Shown in pieces: positions 36,191 to 46,722 of a DNA stretch of 46,722 nucleotides. Position numbers and translations under genes: made by a program. The stretch is taken from the UHGV virus genome UHGV-0200285. One strand, given 5' to 3'. Origin of the DNA: a virus. How positions within the stretch are numbered: the first letter of the stretch is position 1; each line of letters starts with the position of its first letter. The notes under the pieces were generated by a model, which saw nothing but the letters and a program-made list of their open reading frames with translations, had not been told where the DNA came from and did not search any database.

Positions 36191-36617
36191 ACCGGACTCC
36201 TCCTGCGATCCCTTCTGATACTGTCATCAGCATTACGTCATCCTCCGTCATGCCCGCCATATCCGGGGAAGCGGGGATAACTTCATTTCCGTCCGGGTCA
36301 AAGCGGACGCCTCCGGTAAGCCCTGCCGCTTTCTGCATCAGCACATCATCTTCAGGCTCTTCGTCATCCTCACGCCGGTTCAGCAAACTGAAATCCAGCG
36401 GATGCATATCCGGATCGCTGAAAAACAGGCTGAGCACAGTGTACGTCAGCCCGGAAAAGTGCATATCCAGCAGAACATCATGAAAATAATGGGTACTGTA
36501 AAAGCGGTGCCAGTCGGCATACTCCGTGGATGACATCCCGGCAAGCATGGCGCGCCAGTCAGGTCGCCCCATCTCTCGCGCCAGTTTCAGGGCAAAACTC
36601 AGCTCACCGTCGAACAC
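36183..36617 (-). CDS. T: T frame of the tail assembly chaperone, expressed as G-T fusion by -1 frameshift
   Basis: ORF overlapping 3' end of G in -1 frame; slippery heptamer GGGAAAG (minus strand) at 36618-36624. Confidence 0.75.
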   Translation of the reverse strand: MFDGELSFALKLAREMGRPDWRAMLAGMSSTEYADWHRFYSTHYFHDVLLDMHFSGLTYTVLSLFFSDPDMHPLDFSLLNRREDDEEPEDDVLMQKAAGLTGGVRFDPDGNEVIPASPDMAGMTEDDVMLMTVSEGIAGGVRYG

Positions 36618-37021
36618 TTTCCCGCAGAAACAGGCTCTGCAGGCCCGGAGTCCTCTGCCTGGTCAGGGGCATCATTCACCACAAACCCATACATACCGGA
36701 CAGCCGGTACACCACGTTTTCAGCATGAGAAATTGCCTCCGCGGGCCAGGTGGTAAGCACTTCCTGCTCAATCTGTTTAACGGCTTCATTCATGGAAGGC
36801 TGCTTTGTCTTCTGCGGATGGTTATGCCACAGGGACATCGCCACCACAAAAGCACCGGTTCTGATGGCGTCTTCCACAGTAACCTGCCGGTTGCTGTCTG
36901 ACTCCGCCTGTTCTGCCTGCTGTTTCATCAGGGCGAGATGCTCAATACGCTGCAGGGCTGACAGTTCAGAAAGCGTGACGGTCACGCCGTTATGTTCAAA
37001 TGATTCGGTTTTCAGGAACAT
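36599..37021 (-). CDS. G: tail assembly chaperone G
   Basis: 140 aa, lambda G-like (MFLKTESFEHNGVTVTLSELSALQRIEHLAL). Confidence 0.85.
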   Translation of the reverse strand: MFLKTESFEHNGVTVTLSELSALQRIEHLALMKQQAEQAESDSNRQVTVEDAIRTGAFVVAMSLWHNHPQKTKQPSMNEAVKQIEQEVLTTWPAEAISHAENVVYRLSGMYGFVVNDAPDQAEDSGPAEPVSAGKCSTVS

Positions 37022-37036
37022 CGCTGACTCTCCGGA

Positions 37037-37777
37037 TTAACTGGCGGTGACGTTGATTTCTGCAACCGCAGCAAGTTCACCATTACCGGATACGACCGGA
37101 ATGTTGACCTTGCCTGCAGCAACACCTTTCACGGTGATGGTCATACCACTGACCGACACGGTGGCTTTTGTTTTATCCGCAGACACCGCACGGAAGCTCT
37201 TGTCGGTTGCGCCTTCCGGCTGGAATGCCACGGTCAGCGTCGTGCTCTTCCCTTTCACCACCGAGGTGCTGGCAGGCGTCACGGTCATGCCGGTTGCCGC
37301 TGTTACCGTGCTGCGATCTTCTGCCATCGACGGACGTCCCACATTGGTGACTTTCACCGTGCGGGTGATCACTTCCTTCGCCGTCACCGCCTTACCGATA
37401 CTGCTGACCCAGCCGCGGAACACATCGATCGTGCCGTTCGGGAAGCGGATTTTATAGGCACGGGTATCACCTTCATTAAACCACGCCAGCAGCGCCTGCT
37501 GCCCCTGCTCTCCGGGCATCCACGCCAGCGTGAAGCTGGTATCTCCGGCAGATTTCTGCCCCTGTCCGGTCGCGGTCCAGTCCGCATCTTCATCATCGAG
37601 ATAACTGTCGTCATAGGACTCAGCGGTCAGTTCGCCGGGCGTCAGGTCTTTAACCTTTGCCAGACGCGACCAGTCATTGTCTGAAAGCGGGTTTGCATAA
37701 GGGTCGCCGCTCCCGTTATAAACCCACAGTGTGGTCCCGGCCCCTTTCACCGGTGCCAGAGGATTTGGTGTTGGCAT
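37037..37777 (-). CDS. V: major tail protein V
   Basis: ORF 37037..37807; ATG at 37777 ([20 protein letters not shown]) with GAGG RBS; C-terminal Ig-like domain. Confidence 0.9.
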   Translation of the reverse strand: MPTPNPLAPVKGAGTTLWVYNGSGDPYANPLSDNDWSRLAKVKDLTPGELTAESYDDSYLDDEDADWTATGQGQKSAGDTSFTLAWMPGEQGQQALLAWFNEGDTRAYKIRFPNGTIDVFRGWVSSIGKAVTAKEVITRTVKVTNVGRPSMAEDRSTVTAATGMTVTPASTSVVKGKSTTLTVAFQPEGATDKSFRAVSADKTKATVSVSGMTITVKGVAAGKVNIPVVSGNGELAAVAEINVTAS

Positions 37778-37784
37778 ATCGTCC

Positions 37785-38180
37785 TCACATTTCATAGGTA
37801 ATGACATAAGTCAGATCGGCTGAACTCCACAGGCCCGCATCATCGTCGCGCCGGTAGTCATAGCCACTGGCCACCATACTGGTGATCAAATCTGACAGTG
37901 CCGGGATATCGCTCATCACCGGATAAATCCGGGACTCCATCCACGAATCCAGCTCTGAATCCGGCACCTGAGCAGGCAGGAAAACTTCAATATGCAGCTC
38001 CGCCTGCCAGGTATCGCTGTCCAGCTCTTCGCCCGTGTATTCAGCGCCGGTGAGATAAACGGCAATTGCCGGAAAATCTTCCTCATCAAAAACAGCAGGG
38101 CGACCATCAAAAAGCGTCGCCCCGGTGTCATGCTTCTCCAGTGCATCCAGTACGGCTGCACGGAGTTCAGTATGTTTCAT
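37785..38180 (-). CDS. U: tail terminator protein U
   Basis: 131 aa, lambda U-like. Confidence 0.85.
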   Translation of the reverse strand: MKHTELRAAVLDALEKHDTGATLFDGRPAVFDEEDFPAIAVYLTGAEYTGEELDSDTWQAELHIEVFLPAQVPDSELDSWMESRIYPVMSDIPALSDLITSMVASGYDYRRDDDAGLWSSADLTYVITYEM

Positions 38181-38755
38181 CGCTTTATTACCATTCTCAG
38201 TTGATGCTGCAGCGCATAGCCCAGCTCTTTCGGAAGACGCTCACGCCGTATCCGCTCAATATTCTGTTTAAACGCCGTGGTCAGCGGCACCGCCATCGGG
38301 ATTTTCACCACATCAATGGGGTAACGGTTTTTCCCGGCCACACGCTGCATGACATGCCACCGGCCATTTTTCAGTTGCTGAATAAACGCGCCGGGAATAC
38401 GACGGTTTCCCACCACAAGCACGCTGCCGCCACCTTTCAGGGATGAACGCTGCCCCTTTTTACGACGCCTGCGTCGGGACAGGACAACCCGCGCGTTACC
38501 CAGCCTGATTACGGGCAAATCCCCCCGGTTAACCTTGATTCTGGCCTGCGGATTTTTGACCGTGGCCCTTTTCAGCCTGGCCCTTTCCTTTACCAGTTTC
38601 CGGCGTACCTTTGTCTCACGGGCAACCTGTGACGCCGACTGCGATATCGCGGATGAAGCAACGCGGTTAATGGCCATTGCGGCGGCACCGGGCACCGCCG
38701 TTCTGCTGATACGGCTGAGGTTTTCAACGGCCTGCTCAAGACCTTTTATGGCCAT
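38177..38755 (-). CDS. Z: tail completion protein Z
   Basis: 192 aa, lambda Z-like. Confidence 0.85.
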   Translation of the reverse strand: MAIKGLEQAVENLSRISRTAVPGAAAMAINRVASSAISQSASQVARETKVRRKLVKERARLKRATVKNPQARIKVNRGDLPVIRLGNARVVLSRRRRRKKGQRSSLKGGGSVLVVGNRRIPGAFIQQLKNGRWHVMQRVAGKNRYPIDVVKIPMAVPLTTAFKQNIERIRRERLPKELGYALQHQLRMVIKR

Positions 38756-38766
38756 ACATCCCCCTT

Positions 38767-39120
38767 TCAGCGGCGACGGTTAACGGCAGGCGGTACGCCC
38801 CGCCCAAGCCAGAGATGACAGCTTCCGCCATCATCCGGCGAAATCCGGTCTATCCAGAAGTTTTCCTCACCGATGGTCAGCGTGTCGCCGCGCCGCAGCT
38901 GCCGCACATCATCAGTCCGGACAAACAGGGACGGGCTGGAGCCTTCAACGCGCACGCCCTGTCCGGCATAGCTGATATTTTCAGGGTCATCAAAAACACC
39001 ACGTATCACAGCACCGGACTGCTCACCGGATGTCATGGTGGCTGACGTTCCCATGTACCCGCGTATCGTTTCATCGGCGCGGGCAATGGCAGCATCGAAC
39101 AGGTTATCGAAATCAGCCAC
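38767..39120 (-). CDS. FII: head-tail joining protein FII
   Basis: 117 aa, lambda FII-like. Confidence 0.85.
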   Translation of the reverse strand: MADFDNLFDAAIARADETIRGYMGTSATMTSGEQSGAVIRGVFDDPENISYAGQGVRVEGSSPSLFVRTDDVRQLRRGDTLTIGEENFWIDRISPDDGGSCHLWLGRGVPPAVNRRR

Positions 39121-39131
39121 AGCGCCTCCCG

Positions 39132-39530
39132 TTATTGCATTCTGGCCAGGCCGCGCTCTGTCATTTCAGCTGCCACACCGGCAGAGACACGGAACGCCGT
39201 TCCCGGCAGCACAAATGCCACAGGTTCATCCCGCGTGGCGTGAAGTGCATCAGTATGCAGCGTCACCAGTGCCACAACCGTGACCAGTTCAGCCGTATCC
39301 TGAATCACGGTATCCGGCTGCGCTGATACCACCTCATTTTCATGCCCGGTCAGCACATTTTCCCGGCTGAGAGGGGTGTCCTGACCGGCAGTTTCATCCG
39401 TGTCATCAAGCTCTTCTTCCAGCTCTGCCACACGAAGCGCCAGTTCTTCTTTCGTTCCCGTCAAACTGACATCGCGGTTCAGTTGCTCACCCAGCTCCTG
39501 AAGACGGGCAATCAGTTCATCTTTCGTCAT
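39132..39530 (-). CDS. FI: DNA packaging protein FI
   Basis: ORF 39132..39569; Met at 39530 gives 132 aa (MTKDELIARLQELGEQL). Confidence 0.8.
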   Translation of the reverse strand: MTKDELIARLQELGEQLNRDVSLTGTKEELALRVAELEEELDDTDETAGQDTPLSRENVLTGHENEVVSAQPDTVIQDTAELVTVVALVTLHTDALHATRDEPVAFVLPGTAFRVSAGVAAEMTERGLARMQ

Positions 39531-39571
39531 GAACTCCTCCACAGAGAGAAAATGGCCCCGAAGGGCCATGA

Positions 39572-40597
39572 TTACGCCAGTTGTACAGACACGAACTCAT
39601 CAGGATCAGCCAGCAGCATCAGCGGTGCTGACTGAATCATGGTGAACTCACGCGCCGGATCGCCGGTGGTCACCCAGTTTTTCGGGTAACGGGCAGAGGC
39701 GTTAATGCCTTCGCGCTGTGCGTCCGCATCCTGAATGCAGCCATAGGTGCGCAGACCGCGTGCCTGAGTGTTCCCCAGCACCATCGTGTTGTCCGGCAGG
39801 AAGTTCTTTTTGACGCCGTTTTCCACGTACTGTCCGGAATACACGACGATGGCCACATCGCCATACATCCCCTTGTAGGACACCGCTTTGCCCAGGTCTT
39901 TCACCGCTGTCTCCAGCTCGGAATGAGAGCCGCGACGAGTATCCAGCTTCTCCTTGACGGCTTTGAAGGAACGGAACAGCGCCCAGCCTTTCGGATCAAA
40001 CACGATGATATTCACCACTCCGCTGGCGTTCAGCGCGTAGGCTTCGATATCGTCGGTCGGGTCATACGTGGACTTGTCACGCTTGCTCCACTCCGTGCCG
40101 CCGGACTGCGTGATGTTGTTGGCCGCACTGCGGCCCATATCCACCTCAACCGGATCGAAAGCTTCACCGGTCATGGTGTATTTGCCCTTAAGCACGGCAG
40201 AAACTGCCTGCATCTCTTCGACCTGGGCAATGGCCAGCTCTTCGTCACGCATGTTCTGCATAATGATGCGACGGCGGCGGTAAGCCGGGTCCGCCAGATT
40301 CTGCGGATCTTCATCCGGCAGGCGACGCAGGGTCATCTGCGGATTCACCTCATGCTTCGGCTTGACATATCCCGGCGTAAATTCAGAGGTGGAGCCGCCA
40401 CGGGAGCGGATAACCTCACCGGAAACAATCGGCGAAACGTACAGCGCCATGTTTACCAGCCCCGGAATTTGTGAGAGATAGACTTTCTCCGTGGTGAAGG
40501 GATAGCTCTCACGGAAAAAGAGACGCAGAAACAGCGGATCAAACTTAAATTTCTGCTCATTTGCCGCCAGCAGCTGGGCGGTTGTGTACATCGACAT
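39572..40597 (-). CDS. E: major capsid protein E
   Basis: ORF 39572..40624; ATG at 40597 (MSMYTTAQLL) gives 341 aa, lambda E-like. Confidence 0.9.
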   Translation of the reverse strand: MSMYTTAQLLAANEQKFKFDPLFLRLFFRESYPFTTEKVYLSQIPGLVNMALYVSPIVSGEVIRSRGGSTSEFTPGYVKPKHEVNPQMTLRRLPDEDPQNLADPAYRRRRIIMQNMRDEELAIAQVEEMQAVSAVLKGKYTMTGEAFDPVEVDMGRSAANNITQSGGTEWSKRDKSTYDPTDDIEAYALNASGVVNIIVFDPKGWALFRSFKAVKEKLDTRRGSHSELETAVKDLGKAVSYKGMYGDVAIVVYSGQYVENGVKKNFLPDNTMVLGNTQARGLRTYGCIQDADAQREGINASARYPKNWVTTGDPAREFTMIQSAPLMLLADPDEFVSVQLA

Positions 40598-40652
40598 AAA
40601 AAAATCCCGTAAAAAAAGCCGCACAGGCGGCCTTTAGTGATGAAGGGTAAGG

Positions 40653-40985
40653 TTAAACGATGCTGATTGCCGTTCCGGCAAACGCGGTCCGTTTTTTCGT
40701 CTCGTCGCTGGCAGCCTCCGGCCAGAGCACATCCTCATAACGGAACGTGCCGGACTTGTAGAACGTCAGCGTGGTGCTGGTCTGGTCAGCAGCAACAGCA
40801 AGAATGCCAACGGCAGCACCGTCGGTGGTGCCATCCCACGCAACCAGCTTACGGGTGGAGGTGTCCAGCATCAGCGGGGTCATTGCAGGCGCTTTCGCAC
40901 TCAATCCGCCTGGCGCGGTTGCGGTATGAGCCGGGTCACTGTTGCCCAGCGGCTGGTAATGGGTAAAGGTTTCTTTGCTCGTCAT
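40653..40985 (-). CDS. D: capsid decoration protein D
   Basis: ATG at 40985 ([12 protein letters not shown]), 110 aa, lambda D-like. Confidence 0.9.
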   Translation of the reverse strand: MTSKETFTHYQPLGNSDPAHTATAPGGLSAKAPAMTPLMLDTSTRKLVAWDGTTDGAAVGILAVAADQTSTTLTFYKSGTFRYEDVLWPEAASDETKKRTAFAGTAISIV

Positions 40986-40994
40986 AAACATCCC

Positions 40995-41390
40995 TTACAC
41001 TGGTGTGTTCAGCAAATCGTTAACGGCATCAGATGCCGGGTTACCTGCAGCCAGCGGTGCCGGTGCACCCTGCATCAGACGATCCAGCGCAGTGTCACTG
41101 CGCGCCTGTGCACTCTGTGGTGCTGCGGCCAGAATGCGGCGGGCCGTTTCCACGGTCATACCGGGGGTTTCTGCCAGAACGCGCGCCTGTTCTTCGCGTC
41201 CGTGAGCCTCCTCACAGTTGAGGATCCCCATAATGCGGCTGTTTTCTGCCGCAACCGCTGCAGTGATCTGCGCGTTCACGTCCGGCTGCGCCGCGCTGGC
41301 GTTTTCGCCCTCCGTCGCTGGCACCACGTCAGTAACGTCAGCCTGCGAAGCAGTGGCTGAAACAGTTGTTGATTGAGTCTCTTTGGTCAT
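40995..41390 (-). CDS. Nu3: capsid scaffolding protein Nu3 (in-frame internal start within C)
   Basis: ATG at 41390 preceded by AGGAGG RBS inside the C frame (MTKETQSTTVSATASQ...). Confidence 0.7.
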   Translation of the reverse strand: MTKETQSTTVSATASQADVTDVVPATEGENASAAQPDVNAQITAAVAAENSRIMGILNCEEAHGREEQARVLAETPGMTVETARRILAAAPQSAQARSDTALDRLMQGAPAPLAAGNPASDAVNDLLNTPV

Positions 41391-42294
41391 TCGCCCTCCT
41401 GAGAGACGGGATTTACGTGCATCCAGTGCCTCACGCATGACGGTGATCGCATCGGTGCTGTTAACAAGTTCATCAGCCAGTCCGGCATCAATGGCCTCCT
41501 GACCGCTGTACACTGCTGCCTCGGTATCCAGCACAGCCTGCACGGACAGGCCGGTATATGCCGACACCTTCTGCGCAAACATCCGGCGGGTTGCATCCAT
41601 CCGGGACTGCAGTGTTTCCCGGACATCATCCGGTAGATGGCTGTAGGGGTTGCCATCCACCTTATGGCTGCCGCTGTAAATCAGCGTGATTTCCACGCCC
41701 TGTTTCTCCAGCGCAGTGCCGTAATTACTGTGAGCCATCATGACGCCGATGGAGCCTGTCCGGGCGGTCTGCGTGACCAGACGTCGGGAGGCGGCGCTGG
41801 CAAGCAGTTGACCTGCACTGCAGTTCATGTCGTTGGCCAGCGCCCATACCGGCTTTATGTCACGCACACGGGCGATGATGTCAGCGCAGTCAAATGCTCC
41901 CGCCACCATTCCGCCTGGCGTGTCCATATCGAGCAGAATGCCGTCCACCATCGGGTCGCTGGCAGCCTGTTGCAGACGGGCGATAATGCCGTTGTAACCG
42001 GTCATCCCCGAGTACGGCTGCAGCGCCCGCGTCCGGCTGACCAGCGTGCCGGACACCGGCAGCACGGCGATGCCGTTCATGACCTGATAACTGCGGGCCT
42101 GTCGTGGTCCGTCATCATCACCGGATAATGCCAGCGTCGCAAGTGCCTCCTGGGCAGTCAGGCTGTCGCCGGACACCGCATCCGTCAGGCGGCTGATCCC
42201 AAGCTGGCCTGCAAGCGCACAAAAGAAAACCCGCGCATAGGCGGGTTCAAGCATCAGCGGCTCATTAAAGGCCATGCTGGCAATATGCGGGAGA

Positions 42295-42314
<20 letters not shown>
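40995..42314 (-). CDS. C: capsid assembly protease C
   Basis: ORF 40995..42428; lambda-type GTG start at 42314 (VTAELRNLPH...); ~439 aa. Confidence 0.85.
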
Positions 42315-45995
<3,681 letters not shown>

Positions 45996-46021
<26 letters not shown>

Positions 46022-46541
46022 TCAGCAACCCCGGTATCAGTTCATCCAGCGCGGCTGCTTTGTTCATGGCTTTGATGATATCCCGTTTCAGGAAATCAAC
46101 ATGTCGGTTTTCCAGTTCCGGAAAACGCCGCTGCACCGACAGGGGGATCCCGTCGAGAATACTGGCAATTTCACCTGCGATACGCGACAGCACGAAAGTA
46201 CAGAATGCGGTTTCCACCACTTCAGCGGAGTCTCTGGCATTTTTCAGCTCCTGTGCGTCGGCCTGCGCACGCGTAAGTCGATGGCGTTCGTACTCAATAG
46301 TCCCTGGCTGGAGATCTGTCTCGCTGGCCTGCAGCAGTTCTTCAACCTCCCGGCGCAGCTTTTCGTTCTCAATTTCAGCATCCCTTTCGGCATACCATTT
46401 TATGACGGCGGCAGAGTCATAAAGCACCTCATTACCCTTGCCACCGCCTCGCAGAACGGGCATTCCCTGTTCCTGCCAGTTCTGAATGGTACGGATACTC
46501 GCACCGAAAATGTCAGCCAGCTGCTTTTTGTTGACTTCCAT
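45996..46541 (-). CDS. Nu1: terminase small subunit Nu1
   Basis: 181 aa, MEVNKKQLADIFGASIRTIQNWQEQGMP (HTH), lambda Nu1-like. Confidence 0.9.
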
Positions 46542-46722
46542 TGCTCATTCCACGGACAAAAACAGAGAAAGGAAACGACAGAGGCCAAAAAGCTCGCTTT
46601 CAGCACCTGTCGTTTCCTTTCTTTTCAGGGGGTGTTTTAAATAAAAACATTAGGTTACGGCGAAGAAGAACGGAAACACCTTAAACCGGAAAATTTTCAT
46701 AAATAGCGAAAACCCGCGAGGT
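46542..46722. other. cos left-end region (cosB and first 4 nt of cosN overhang at the window end)
   Basis: Reverse complement of the window end reads ACCTCGCGGGTTTTCGCTATTTATGAAAATTTTCCGG, matching the start of the lambda genome after the first 8 nt of the cohesive end. Confidence 0.6.

Overview
The window is a complete lambda-like (lambdoid) temperate phage genome, opened at cos and presented in reverse orientation to the lambda convention. Its structural module (Nu1, A, W, B, C/Nu3, D, E, FI, FII, Z, U, V, G/GT, H, M, L, K, I, J, lom, stf) lies on the minus strand from 46541 down to 24641 and is near-collinear with phage lambda as I recall it. The early region is a mosaic of a different lambdoid type: P4-type integrase, AlpA-like excisionase, YfdP/YfdQ/YfdR-like pL-operon genes, a CI-like repressor that is frameshifted in this sequence, Cro-like protein, HTH replication initiator with internal iterons, a nin-like region (Dam methyltransferase, LexA-N-domain-only protein, RusA, KilA-N, DUF968), a Q antiterminator, cspB/cspF cold-shock cargo, and a phage-21-type lysis cassette (dual-start pinholin, SAR endolysin, embedded Rz/Rz1). 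The strongest candidate for a previously undescribed system is an AT-rich single-gene island at 16835..18775, wedged between the excisionase and the convergent integrase. It encodes a 646-aa protein with an N-terminal PD-(D/E)xK-like nuclease domain fused to TPR repeats and no NTPase motif, which I interpret as a candidate anti-phage defence or abortive-infection effector. Other notable signals are the frameshifted repressor, a LexA DNA-binding-domain-only gene, tandem SOS boxes in front of a dinI-like gene, a cluster of eight TGTACA hexamers upstream of int, and a cargo gene inserted inside the lysis cassette. No tRNA, rRNA, CRISPR array or IS element was recognised. All homology statements are from memory of reference proteins; no searches were run.
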